From positions 64,001 to 128,000 of the IMG/VR virus record IMGVR_UViG_3300027917_000019: 64,000 nucleotides of DNA; one strand, given 5' to 3'. The notes under the pieces are model-generated. The model was not told where the DNA came from. It saw nothing but the letters and a program-made list of their open reading frames with translations, and did not search any database. Both the position numbers and the translations under genes were made by a program. Positions 19,123-28,611 of the stretch are shown here, piece after piece. The stretch's first letter is position 1; each line of letters starts with the position of its first letter. The stretch comes from a virus.

Positions 19123-22100
19123 CGACTGAAACCAACCAGAGCGCGATAGCTGAAGTACGTGATCAACTTTCAATTGATTACGCAGACGGAAAGTATCTAA
19201 ACAACGCTACAGCAAACTTGGGGCTTACACGTCCTGTGTTTGGTTTTAGTGACGACGCTTGGCGTGCTATTACCAAGGTGTTGGCCCTTCAGTTTAAGCA
19301 GGTTCGTAATAAGTTCCACGACGTTCTGTCAATAATCCTTGGCCCGCGCATTACCGAGACAGCTACACTTTCAACTGCCGTTGCTGTTGACGATCGTCAA
19401 CTAGTAGTCACGGATTCTAGTAGGCTACCACAAACAGGCACGTTGATTTTGGATGAGGGACAGGCTACTGAAGAAACTATTACCTACAGCTTCATTGATC
19501 GTAGAACACACACAATCTACCTTAACGACCTTGCTACGCAAACACACGCTGCATATCCTAGTGGTGATGTAGAGACTCCGTTGATTTGGCCTGGGGTTGC
19601 AACAGACGCAACGCTGTATGTTCATGTAACTGATGCGCGAAATATTGCCACTGTTCCTGTGACTGCCGTAATAGGTCGTGGAACGTCAGCTGAAGAAGTG
19701 GTTACTATTACAGCTGTAGATACGGATACTGGCGCGTTGACTATCTCTCCAGCGTTGTCTAATACACACGCAAGTTACGTACCCTCTCCTGTGCAGAATG
19801 CGCTTGCGCAGGATTACCAAGCCAGTGCTGAGTTCTTGGTATTGAACAGCTCCCTACAGTTTCCTGACGAAGGTTTTGTGCTTCTAGGGGCAAGCTCTTC
19901 TTCCTTTACAGTGACGGGAGGTTCTGCAGCATCTATAACGGTTGCTGCCTCTACATTCACTGCAGATAGGCACGTTGGAAACTTGCTAGTATTTGATGGG
20001 AATATCACGGCAGCGTTGGCAGGAGTAGAGGCACAAGTATCTGCTAACACTGCTAGCAGCGTTACATTCAAGGTTTCTCTTCCTACCAATCCAGTAGCTG
20101 GAGACACTTTTTCTATTCGTGTCGCAGAGAAATTTACTAGAAATGTATTTGCAGATAACGCCCTTCAACTATCTAGAGATATCGTTGATGTAGCTCTTTC
20201 TAGTGGAACTGAAGTAGAATTGCTTAGAGAGAAGGCGACAGTAACGCTGGCACCCGTGAAGGTTGTGGGAACGGGCTGGGACGTCATTCAGACAGACCCA
20301 AAGAACATTGAGATTCTAATTCCTGCGACCCTGGCGGACATCAACACGGTTCGCAGCGCGTCCTATCTACACCCGGCCCCTATTACGCCATTTTCTACTA
20401 CTTTAGCTTCATTAGCCTCTATCGGAGATACAACACTAACGTTGACCTCTGTTTCAGGATTGCCCGCTGCCGGACAGTTGATCATAGACTCTGGGGGTGC
20501 TAATGAAGAGTTCTTGGGCTACGCTAGACAGCGTATTGTAGATGTGGCACTGCCGGCTCCTGCGTCTACAGTAAACGTAATTACAGTAGCAACTGGAGGT
20601 CTCACCGCTGCGGCACACGTAGGCGCAACGGTATATATTGGTGGTGAAGATTTTGCTGTAAATACTTCTCGTACAGTCATTGCTAACACCGCCACAACAA
20701 TTACGGTGTATTCTGCAGGTTCTGGAGAACCTCTCACAAACGAGCAAGTTGATGCTTTGGTAGCTGGGGATGTAGAAGTTTGGCTGTACCATGAGGATAC
20801 TGTAGACGTTCAAAACCAAACAGTTGGTATTGCTCACGCGGCGTTAGAAACAGTTGATTACGACCAGACTGTTGATTCTACAACTCTTCCTGGGGGCGGA
20901 ACAGGGACTAACCAAAGCGGAGATGTTTGGGCAGACGATAATACTTTCCCCGGTGGTTACTTGTATGATATTTCACGCGATGCCCCTGCAGTGGCCGCAG
21001 ACATAACTACCCTGTCTGAACCTCTGGCTGGGCCCACAACGCTGGTTGTGGACACGCACGTGACCCGTACAGCCTTGGAAGTCGCAGATGCGTCCCTGTT
21101 CCCGTTGGGGGCAGTATCGCCGTTCACGGCCGTCCTGGGCCGTGGAAGCGGCAACCGAGAGATTATCACCGTCTCAGACGTCAACTTGAAACAACGTGTT
21201 AGTACTACAGTAGCTGCCCCAGGGTCTTCTGCTACAGATACCATCGTTCCAGTAACACTTCTAACAGGTGCAGGGGTAGCCGATGACCTTCCCAACGTAA
21301 AGGGATATCGCGTTTTGTTGGACAAGGGCGGTGCTAACGAGGAAGTAATATACGTAACAGGAACATTGACTTCTCCAAACAGGCTTGTGTGTGACCCAAC
21401 TACGGAGCCCCACGTTGCTGGAGAAACTGTAGAATTGCTTGCGGACGTTCTCAGTGTAAACCCCTTAGATGATGAGCATGTAGGGGCCTTGAAACTCAAC
21501 CAAAGGACGGATCGCTGGCCTGGTGGCCCTGTGGTTACTTTGACTGCCGCTGCTTCTGTAGGGGATGTTGTCGTTACTTTGAGCAGTAACGCTGAGTTCC
21601 CTACATTTGGTAGGTGTCGTATTGAAGCTGAGGATTACAACTACAGCGTAGGTACTGGAAACACTCTCAACATTTTGGATCCGGGAGGGATTCGCAGAGC
21701 TTCTAGCATTTCTGACGCGGTAGTTCTTTTGGCTACTAAGCAAACTGCAGAGCTAGTAGAAGTTCAGTATGATTCTATCGAAGTGGCCTCTACAACAGGT
21801 TTCCCAACGGCAGGTGGTGACGTAATTTTGAACTTCGGTAAGGGAGTTCCTAATGCCGAAAGCACGTTGGACTTGGCAGTTTCTCCCCCAATAGCTACTA
21901 TTGACCTAGTAGACACGTCACTTTTTCCTACAGGATCTTATCCGTATGAGGTTATAATCAACCCAGGAGCCGGAGAGTCAGAGGAGCGTGTATTAGTTAC
22001 AAACAATAATACAACTCTAGATAGACTTACTCTCGATTCTAACGTCAACATCGCCCATCCCATCGGTACAGTGGTCACCTTTACCTCTGGTGACCAAGAG

Positions 22101-22340
22101 ACACTTTCCTACACCAGCGTGGATGGTGCAACAACCCTTCGATTTTCTACTCCGGTTGTGCTACAATCTAATCACTCGACTACCGAGACAGTGATTCAAT
22201 CTCCTGGACGTAGTACCCCCGGCACAGACGGCTATTCTTTCCCCTTCCGCATGCCGACAGACCTACTCTTCCGTATCCAGTTTTTGTTTGACTTGATTAG
22301 GGCAGCCGGCGTACAAGTCACTGTCATTGAGCAAAGATAA
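19119..22340 (+). CDS. Baseplate wedge (gp7 / P2-I-like) protein with multiple inserted beta-domains
   Basis: N-terminal ADGKYLN..NLG..R..SDDAWR and C-terminal LIRAAGVQV core, separated by about 9 repeated modules. Confidence 0.75.
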   Translation: MTTETNQSAIAEVRDQLSIDYADGKYLNNATANLGLTRPVFGFSDDAWRAITKVLALQFKQVRNKFHDVLSIILGPRITETATLSTAVAVDDRQLVVTDSSRLPQTGTLILDEGQATEETITYSFIDRRTHTIYLNDLATQTHAAYPSGDVETPLIWPGVATDATLYVHVTDARNIATVPVTAVIGRGTSAEEVVTITAVDTDTGALTISPALSNTHASYVPSPVQNALAQDYQASAEFLVLNSSLQFPDEGFVLLGASSSSFTVTGGSAASITVAASTFTADRHVGNLLVFDGNITAALAGVEAQVSANTASSVTFKVSLPTNPVAGDTFSIRVAEKFTRNVFADNALQLSRDIVDVALSSGTEVELLREKATVTLAPVKVVGTGWDVIQTDPKNIEILIPATLADINTVRSASYLHPAPITPFSTTLASLASIGDTTLTLTSVSGLPAAGQLIIDSGGANEEFLGYARQRIVDVALPAPASTVNVITVATGGLTAAAHVGATVYIGGEDFAVNTSRTVIANTATTITVYSAGSGEPLTNEQVDALVAGDVEVWLYHEDTVDVQNQTVGIAHAALETVDYDQTVDSTTLPGGGTGTNQSGDVWADDNTFPGGYLYDISRDAPAVAADITTLSEPLAGPTTLVVDTHVTRTALEVADASLFPLGAVSPFTAVLGRGSGNREIITVSDVNLKQRVSTTVAAPGSSATDTIVPVTLLTGAGVADDLPNVKGYRVLLDKGGANEEVIYVTGTLTSPNRLVCDPTTEPHVAGETVELLADVLSVNPLDDEHVGALKLNQRTDRWPGGPVVTLTAAASVGDVVVTLSSNAEFPTFGRCRIEAEDYNYSVGTGNTLNILDPGGIRRASSISDAVVLLATKQTAELVEVQYDSIEVASTTGFPTAGGDVILNFGKGVPNAESTLDLAVSPPIATIDLVDTSLFPTGSYPYEVIINPGAGESEERVLVTNNNTTLDRLTLDSNVNIAHPIGTVVTFTSGDQETLSYTSVDGATTLRFSTPVVLQSNHSTTETVIQSPGRSTPGTDGYSFPFRMPTDLLFRIQFLFDLIRAAGVQVTVIEQR

Positions 22341-22343
22341 TCT

Positions 22344-25300
22344 ATGCCTAAGTCTCTAAAAGTACATGCCAACGAGCGTGTTGATATCCCGGATTTTGAA
22401 CGCGCCGCAAATGACTACACCAATGAGCGTGCAGCATTTGAAGAAGAGCGTCTCGTTCTAGACAGACGATCTCGTGTTCTAGAAGGATTTCGTGTCAAGA
22501 TTGAGGATCAAACCGCCACACCTGGTGCCATTACTGTGTTTAACGGAACGGCGTTGGATCGTGATGGATACTCGCTACACGATGAAGAGCAGGCAGATGC
22601 TAGTGTAACCCTAACCCTTTCGGGGGCGGCAACTACGTTTTATCTAGAAGTAGAGCTTGCAACGGCAGATACGGACACGGATGCTCGCGAATTCTGGGAT
22701 CCTACGTTTGATAACGGAGCACCGCCTGCAGTTGACGGCGCAGAATTTGCAATTCCTGTAGCTACTAGAGTCACTCCTACATGGCGAATCGTACAGCCTG
22801 TTTCTACTACAGCTTTTGCTTCAACAGCAGACCCTGGCAGTACAAAGATTCCTCTGGCGATCTTGACTACTGACGGCTCTAACGTAATCAACGGTACGTC
22901 TACCGTAGGGCTTGTCCAGGTGGATGCCGCGTCTGTAACAGAGTCTTCCATTACCGCTGGAGGTACTTTGTTGAGAGTTTTCGATTCTAGACTGTTGGGT
23001 AACGTTGGAGACGACGTAATTCTTGGGTTTGGTCTTGGTACTTCAGAGACAGCAACCCTTACAGCAAACGACAAGGATAACGGAATTATCCAGTTTGCTG
23101 CATCTACTAATGCCCACGGTGTTGGTGAAATTGTACAGGCGGCTGGTACTGGGCGCCTCATGCAAGAGAAGCAAGACCCAAACAACTCCTCAGCCCATCC
23201 CGATAACACAAGACGTTTGTGGCAGGGAGATGAAGTTCGCGGTGGTGCTCTTACTCAGTCTAAGGACGCAGTTGCTGATCGAGATGATCTAAACGTTCGT
23301 ACTCTCAAAGACAAGCTGGATATGTATGATGGCTTGATTAGAGAGTTGAAGTGGGGAGCGTTTGATCCTGCAACAACAAGCGTTACTCCTCCCACAGTGT
23401 TTGCCTCACGGCCTAGGTATTTCCACAATGCAGGATCTGTTGCGGGTTCTCGCGCCGTTACTCTTACCATTGGTAACGGCACTTCAACGTTTGGAGACTA
23501 CAACGGTACGGATGAGAATGTTTTCCTAAATGCTTTGAACGCGCTGCCTAACACAGGCGGGGCTATTCACGTGAAGGCAGGAACTTATCAGATCGGTAAT
23601 CAGGTGGGGTTTGCAACTGCCGGAAAAGATGTAGTCTTTACGGCTGAATATGGTACAGTTGTTGTTGAACAACGTAATAGCGGTGGTGCTGCGTTCTTGA
23701 TAAACCAGTCTGGAGATCTCATCGGTTTCCATGGGTTTATTTTCAACGTTGCCGGAACGGGTACACAAGATATCTTCGAAGCCAGCGCAGGACGCTGGGA
23801 GATGCGCAACTGCGACATCAACGGAAGTGTGTTGGCGTCTGGTGCTTCTACCTCATTAGTACTAGATTGGCATGGAGTAAACATCGTTTCCGCTACAGGT
23901 AATGAGGCGTTCTACACCACCAAGACAGGTACGGGTGTTAGTGGTCTAGTAACCAAGTGTGAGTTTAGAACCACGACAGACACGTCTGTAGATGATGTGA
24001 GTCTTCGTGGCTTGTTCACTAGTTGTCGTTTTAACGCCTGCAGATTCCAGGGAGCAACAACGTATGCTTACCGCTGTGTTGAATTGGCTGCCGGTTTGGA
24101 CGTGCAGTTTACCAACTGCTTTTTCCAAGGACGTCGTGCGGTTGAAGTAGACACAACAGTAAATGCAACGTTTACTGGTTGCTTTTTCCTTACACAGGCT
24201 AACACACTAGATGCAGGTATCCTTCTAACGGCTACAGATAGCGCACTTTTCAACGGTTGTCATATCCACCATCAGGAGAGCAGCGCTCCCGATACCTCGT
24301 CTACCCCTATGATTGCTATGTTTCTTGACGGTGCTAGTGAAGGTACAACCATTTCTGGTTGTACTTTTGAAGGAGAGTCGGGGGCAACAATCTATACAGT
24401 GGGAATTGCTTGTGGAGCAACTACTACACGTGCTGCGCAGGTGCGAATCACTGGGTGTGATTTCAAGTGGATGTATGTGGGGGTTTACCTCGACACAACC
24501 ACAGCTGGTGTAGCTCCTCCTGGGTCTACATTCAACGTTTCAAACTGTACGGTTGATTTTGACGCTTTGGCATATTCCGAGGTTTACGGAATTGTTGCAG
24601 CAGGGGGGCCTGAGGTTGAACTAAATGTCAGCAACTGTACTGTTTCTAACGGACACAACGCGGACAGTTGTATTGGTATCGGTTTCGTAGACATGGAGAC
24701 CGATTCTCGACTTATTGTAGACGGTTGTACGGTAGAAGGTTTGGGAACAGTCTCAGGGTCTGGATCTGTGTTTGGGATTTTGTGCACCGGTACTGCAGCT
24801 GTAGACGAGGGTAGTGCGATTATTTCTAACAACCACGTTAGAACACTAGCTACAAGTTCAACGCAGTGTGCTGGTATTTTTGTGAACGGTATCGAACGTG
24901 CTGTCATAACGGGTAACGTAGTAGAAGGACTCACCACCGTCACTGGTACGATCAGTGCTGTAGGTACTGGTCCTGGTTTGGGCGCTGGACACGAAGCACT
25001 AGTCATTTCAGACAACATCATTCAGAATATGACCGCTGCAACGTCAGGAACTATTAAGGCTGTTGAAGTTCTCTCTTTCCCGCAGACGGTTGTAAAGGGG
25101 AACATCATTCACGGTATCGCAACAGCTACTACTACAGGCAGTAGGGCAATTGAAATCACTGCTGCAACGCAGAGCGTGATTGTAGGCAGTAACAACATCT
25201 TCATGGAAGCGGGCGCTTCTCCGGCTGGTGATGACGTTCAGTATTGTGTTTACGTTGACGTACCTAGTCTTGGTATGGCTATCATTGAGAACAACGCGAT

Positions 25301-25943
25301 CAAGATGGGAGACGTAGCGTCTCGTGGGATCAAGGTAGACCCCAATAGCCCTGGCGTAGCGTATGGAGGAGTATCTATTGCTGGCAATACCATCTCTGAC
25401 ATGACAGCGGCTGGTGCTAAGGGTATAGAAGTTACAGGGCCGAGTAACTTTGACACTTCTGGGCCTGTGAGCGTTACAGGAAACACCATTCAAGTTAGCG
25501 CATATAATGCAACTCATGGAGGTATCATCATAGTAGGTAACTCAGGGTTCGAGCTTGAAGGCGTGGCCATTACCGGTAACAATATTTGGGCAACTAACAC
25601 CACCAATACAAGAACTGCTGGTTACGCAAACGCAGGTATTGGACTAACATACTGTGACTACGTATCAGTTTCCGGCAACACGGTTCGTTGGAATCAGGCT
25701 GGTACTTCAAGTGGAGAAGGTATAGTTGCTGATAACTGTCAGCAGGGGGCCATTGCTGGGAACATCGTCACTCCTGCCTCTACTGGTGGAAACGAAATCT
25801 CACATACGGGTGGAGATTTTGCTATCGTCGGAAACTGTGTTGGTGGTGGCGGACAAGCCGGTACTGTTGGTGGAGTCGGTTCTACTTACACAGTTGATCC
25901 AACCGCTGGCACACCTGAGCCTCTTAACCACCTCGGCCCGTGA
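22344..25943 (+). CDS. Tail fibre/tailspike with a right-handed beta-helix (putative depolymerase)
   Basis: N-terminal baseplate-attachment region, then NALNALPNTGGAIHVKAGTY and many parallel beta-helix repeats (ISGCTF, ITGN, ISDNII). Confidence 0.8.
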   Translation: MPKSLKVHANERVDIPDFERAANDYTNERAAFEEERLVLDRRSRVLEGFRVKIEDQTATPGAITVFNGTALDRDGYSLHDEEQADASVTLTLSGAATTFYLEVELATADTDTDAREFWDPTFDNGAPPAVDGAEFAIPVATRVTPTWRIVQPVSTTAFASTADPGSTKIPLAILTTDGSNVINGTSTVGLVQVDAASVTESSITAGGTLLRVFDSRLLGNVGDDVILGFGLGTSETATLTANDKDNGIIQFAASTNAHGVGEIVQAAGTGRLMQEKQDPNNSSAHPDNTRRLWQGDEVRGGALTQSKDAVADRDDLNVRTLKDKLDMYDGLIRELKWGAFDPATTSVTPPTVFASRPRYFHNAGSVAGSRAVTLTIGNGTSTFGDYNGTDENVFLNALNALPNTGGAIHVKAGTYQIGNQVGFATAGKDVVFTAEYGTVVVEQRNSGGAAFLINQSGDLIGFHGFIFNVAGTGTQDIFEASAGRWEMRNCDINGSVLASGASTSLVLDWHGVNIVSATGNEAFYTTKTGTGVSGLVTKCEFRTTTDTSVDDVSLRGLFTSCRFNACRFQGATTYAYRCVELAAGLDVQFTNCFFQGRRAVEVDTTVNATFTGCFFLTQANTLDAGILLTATDSALFNGCHIHHQESSAPDTSSTPMIAMFLDGASEGTTISGCTFEGESGATIYTVGIACGATTTRAAQVRITGCDFKWMYVGVYLDTTTAGVAPPGSTFNVSNCTVDFDALAYSEVYGIVAAGGPEVELNVSNCTVSNGHNADSCIGIGFVDMETDSRLIVDGCTVEGLGTVSGSGSVFGILCTGTAAVDEGSAIISNNHVRTLATSSTQCAGIFVNGIERAVITGNVVEGLTTVTGTISAVGTGPGLGAGHEALVISDNIIQNMTAATSGTIKAVEVLSFPQTVVKGNIIHGIATATTTGSRAIEITAATQSVIVGSNNIFMEAGASPAGDDVQYCVYVDVPSLGMAIIENNAIKMGDVASRGIKVDPNSPGVAYGGVSIAGNTISDMTAAGAKGIEVTGPSNFDTSGPVSVTGNTIQVSAYNATHGGIIIVGNSGFELEGVAITGNNIWATNTTNTRTAGYANAGIGLTYCDYVSVSGNTVRWNQAGTSSGEGIVADNCQQGAIAGNIVTPASTGGNEISHTGGDFAIVGNCVGGGGQAGTVGGVGSTYTVDPTAGTPEPLNHLGP

Positions 25944-25988
25944 TCTCTTTCACCCACATAAGTGGGTCTATTTGGAAAAGGTAATTTC

Positions 25989-26429
25989 ATGCGTAAGCTA
26001 TTTGCACTTGTTACATTCGCTATTGTTGGGTTCTTCCCGCTATTGGCGCTCGCACAGGATCCGGCTGCCGCACCTGAGGGGCTGGAAACACTCGCTCCCC
26101 TCATTGATGCTGCACAGGGTGGCCGTTGGAGCCTCTTTGCGTCTCTCCTAATCATGCTTCTTGTTTGGGTAGCTACAAAGGCTCCTGTTGTCAAGGACTG
26201 GATTAAGGGTGAAGCCCGTATCTGGACGGCCGCAGTTGCTGGTATGTTGGCTGCATTTGCAGCATCTGTGTATGTAGGTTCTACTGAAGGCGCTGTTGAT
26301 TGGCTTGCTGCTATTCTTGAAGGTCTTTCAGTAGGTCTTGCAGCTGGTGGTTTGTGGTCGCTTATTGGTAGGAAGATTGCCAAGAAGCCGATCGATGCTG
26401 ACGGTGACGGTGTTCTAGACGCGGAGTGA
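25989..26429 (+). CDS. Membrane protein, putative holin
   Basis: ATG 25989. Signal-like N-terminus (LALA-QD) plus about 3 hydrophobic helices and a charged C-terminal tail. Confidence 0.5.
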   Translation: MRKLFALVTFAIVGFFPLLALAQDPAAAPEGLETLAPLIDAAQGGRWSLFASLLIMLLVWVATKAPVVKDWIKGEARIWTAAVAGMLAAFAASVYVGSTEGAVDWLAAILEGLSVGLAAGGLWSLIGRKIAKKPIDADGDGVLDAE

Positions 26430-26432
26430 GCT

Positions 26433-27425
26433 TTGGCTTTTACGATCACACAAGAGTTCCCGCTTAGTGACCACGAAGCGTGGTGGCTTCTCAAAGAGAA
26501 GTTAGTTGCTGCTGGCGCGTCTGTAAAGTCGTCTAGTGATGCAACAACATATGGTGCTGGTGATAACTTGTCGGCAGGTGGCCCATACCCTCAATCAGGG
26601 GCTGGGTCATTTGCCAACACCAATGCGTGGATGGTGATTCAATTCCCTGCTGTTGGTGGTGTGACTCGTGAAGTTTGCTTTCAAAAAACGGCATCCGTAG
26701 GTCGCATCGTATTCTACTACTCGTCTGATGGCACAGGCTTTAGTGGAGGAACTGCTACCGTGCGCCCAACTGCAACTGATGAGCAGTTTCTACAGAACAA
26801 TGGAGACAACGTTCACGAAGTAGCTAATCCACAAGAAACAGAAGTGACTTTTTGGGTCGGTGACGCTACCGAAGGTTACTCTTGGATGATGCAGGTTCGT
26901 CAGCAAGGTTTTAAGTGGATTTTGTCTCTTTCGTTCATGGATGTCGTTACTTCGCCAGTAACAGGGGACACAGATCCTTGTGTGATGTGTTGCCACACAG
27001 ATAACTCCAACTCTCCCTTCTCTTCTTCAGGTGGGGTCTTTAGCGCAACTGCAGTCAACAATGCAACTTCAACTAACATTGCCGGTTGGCTTGACAAGGG
27101 TGGATTAGATGAGTGGGTGGCATGGCCTCTGTGTTATCCGGGGATGACTGCAGGTACTGGGGGTGCTGTACAAATTTGGCACAGGGGCGTTAATGCTTGG
27201 CAGGGTCCTAACGATGCTGGCAACTACGACATGATGCCTGCAGTGTATTCACGAGGAGAACAAACGTTCACAAGTAACTCTAAAGGCTTTAAGGGGATTT
27301 CTAGGCTGTTTAGAATCATTCCCTCCTTGTATGAGCACGCTAGAGTTAGTGCTGATGGATTGCTTGTGGCTAATGAGGGTATTGTAAGACCTTGGTCAGC
27401 TGCCCTACCTAAGGTGTGGTATTGA
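26433..27425 (+). CDS. Virion structural protein (tail-fibre associated), paralog 1
   Basis: TTG start after GGAG. Gly/Thr/Trp-rich and shares motifs with the next ORF. Confidence 0.55.
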   Translation: MAFTITQEFPLSDHEAWWLLKEKLVAAGASVKSSSDATTYGAGDNLSAGGPYPQSGAGSFANTNAWMVIQFPAVGGVTREVCFQKTASVGRIVFYYSSDGTGFSGGTATVRPTATDEQFLQNNGDNVHEVANPQETEVTFWVGDATEGYSWMMQVRQQGFKWILSLSFMDVVTSPVTGDTDPCVMCCHTDNSNSPFSSSGGVFSATAVNNATSTNIAGWLDKGGLDEWVAWPLCYPGMTAGTGGAVQIWHRGVNAWQGPNDAGNYDMMPAVYSRGEQTFTSNSKGFKGISRLFRIIPSLYEHARVSADGLLVANEGIVRPWSAALPKVWY

Positions 27426-27426
27426 T

Positions 27427-28611
27427 ATGGCGTGGACGGCAGAGTTTAACGTAGAGTGTGCCAATGTTGCTGAAGCCTTTCTGGCTTGGAAGGATTCTGC
27501 GGTTACTTATGGTGGCATGACTGTCATCTCTTCGGGAGACGGTTCAGGCGGTAATTTTTCCGGACTTGCTGGAGGAGACATCCTTACCGTCGCATCTATG
27601 ACAGATGCTGTGCAGAACAACATCCACAATAATGATGCGTGGTTTCGCGGACAGTGGCCTAACGGACGAGAAATTGTGGTTAGGATGGCGGGGGCATCTA
27701 CTAGCCAGGTATGTATCGCATACTCAGCAGCGGCCGGCTTTACAGGAGCCCAGTACGGGTCTACTGCAGGCGGTAGCGGAACAGACGCAACGGTGGGTGC
27801 ATCTACTCCTCCTAGCGCGGATGATGGGGTTGTTATTCACGTATCTACGGGAGACTTCATAACTTCCACCGGAGTATTGATGTTTCCACGATTTGCTAAT
27901 GGCGGTATTTCTGGTGTAGCAGTAGGGCGTCAAGTTCTCCACATGTTGTGGGGTGGGGCTGATGAAGACTATGCGTGGTATGCATTGTCCTGGCAACATG
28001 GAGAGACCCACCTAGGGCCCATCGGCGGAATGTTTATGGACGCTGTAACCAATGCACCCACTGCGCGTCCAGATGCTATGGTTATTGGTACGTTTGCCGG
28101 TTCCGGTACTAATCCGTTTTCTCATGAATCAAAGATGTTCAATGAGCAGGGCTACCACACAGGCTATAGTGGGGCTAGCGGCGGTCGTGCGTATTCTTGG
28201 CTTACTGGTGTAAGAACGGCTGCCGGAGGGTTTGGAGCAGGGCCTCCAGACCCCACAAGCACTAAAGACACAGAGATGCAGTCTGTGCATGTTATGCAAT
28301 TTGGGTCTGTAGGAGCCCCTCAGTATAACTTGTGGGATCCTAATGGAATTGTAGTTCCTGCTGACGGCATTGTTCACGGAACAGATGCAACGAGCGGTCT
28401 TTACAACACGTTTGGCCCAGCACAGTGGTGGGCTTGTAGATACCCGTACCTTGGAGAGCCTGCACGTCAGGGATATATAGGCTCTAGCCGCCTTTTCCGT
28501 TTTGGAAATACTGGAGATGGTATGCGAGACTTGAGTACTGATCTCAACTGGCGCTGTATTGGTGGCGTTTGGTGTCGTTGGGACGGTGTTACTGGAACGG
28601 TGCTTGTCTAA
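27427..28611 (+). CDS. Virion structural protein, paralog 2
   Basis: Aligns by eye with 26433-27425 (EA..K, SSxD, AW, RE, YS..GF.G, FMD.VT, SRLFR). Confidence 0.55.
   Translation: MAWTAEFNVECANVAEAFLAWKDSAVTYGGMTVISSGDGSGGNFSGLAGGDILTVASMTDAVQNNIHNNDAWFRGQWPNGREIVVRMAGASTSQVCIAYSAAAGFTGAQYGSTAGGSGTDATVGASTPPSADDGVVIHVSTGDFITSTGVLMFPRFANGGISGVAVGRQVLHMLWGGADEDYAWYALSWQHGETHLGPIGGMFMDAVTNAPTARPDAMVIGTFAGSGTNPFSHESKMFNEQGYHTGYSGASGGRAYSWLTGVRTAAGGFGAGPPDPTSTKDTEMQSVHVMQFGSVGAPQYNLWDPNGIVVPADGIVHGTDATSGLYNTFGPAQWWACRYPYLGEPARQGYIGSSRLFRFGNTGDGMRDLSTDLNWRCIGGVWCRWDGVTGTVLV

Noticed and set aside
2581-25943. Extracellular contractile injection system or tailocin
   Set aside because: It is contiguous with neck genes, lysis genes and a full phage replisome, so it is a phage tail.
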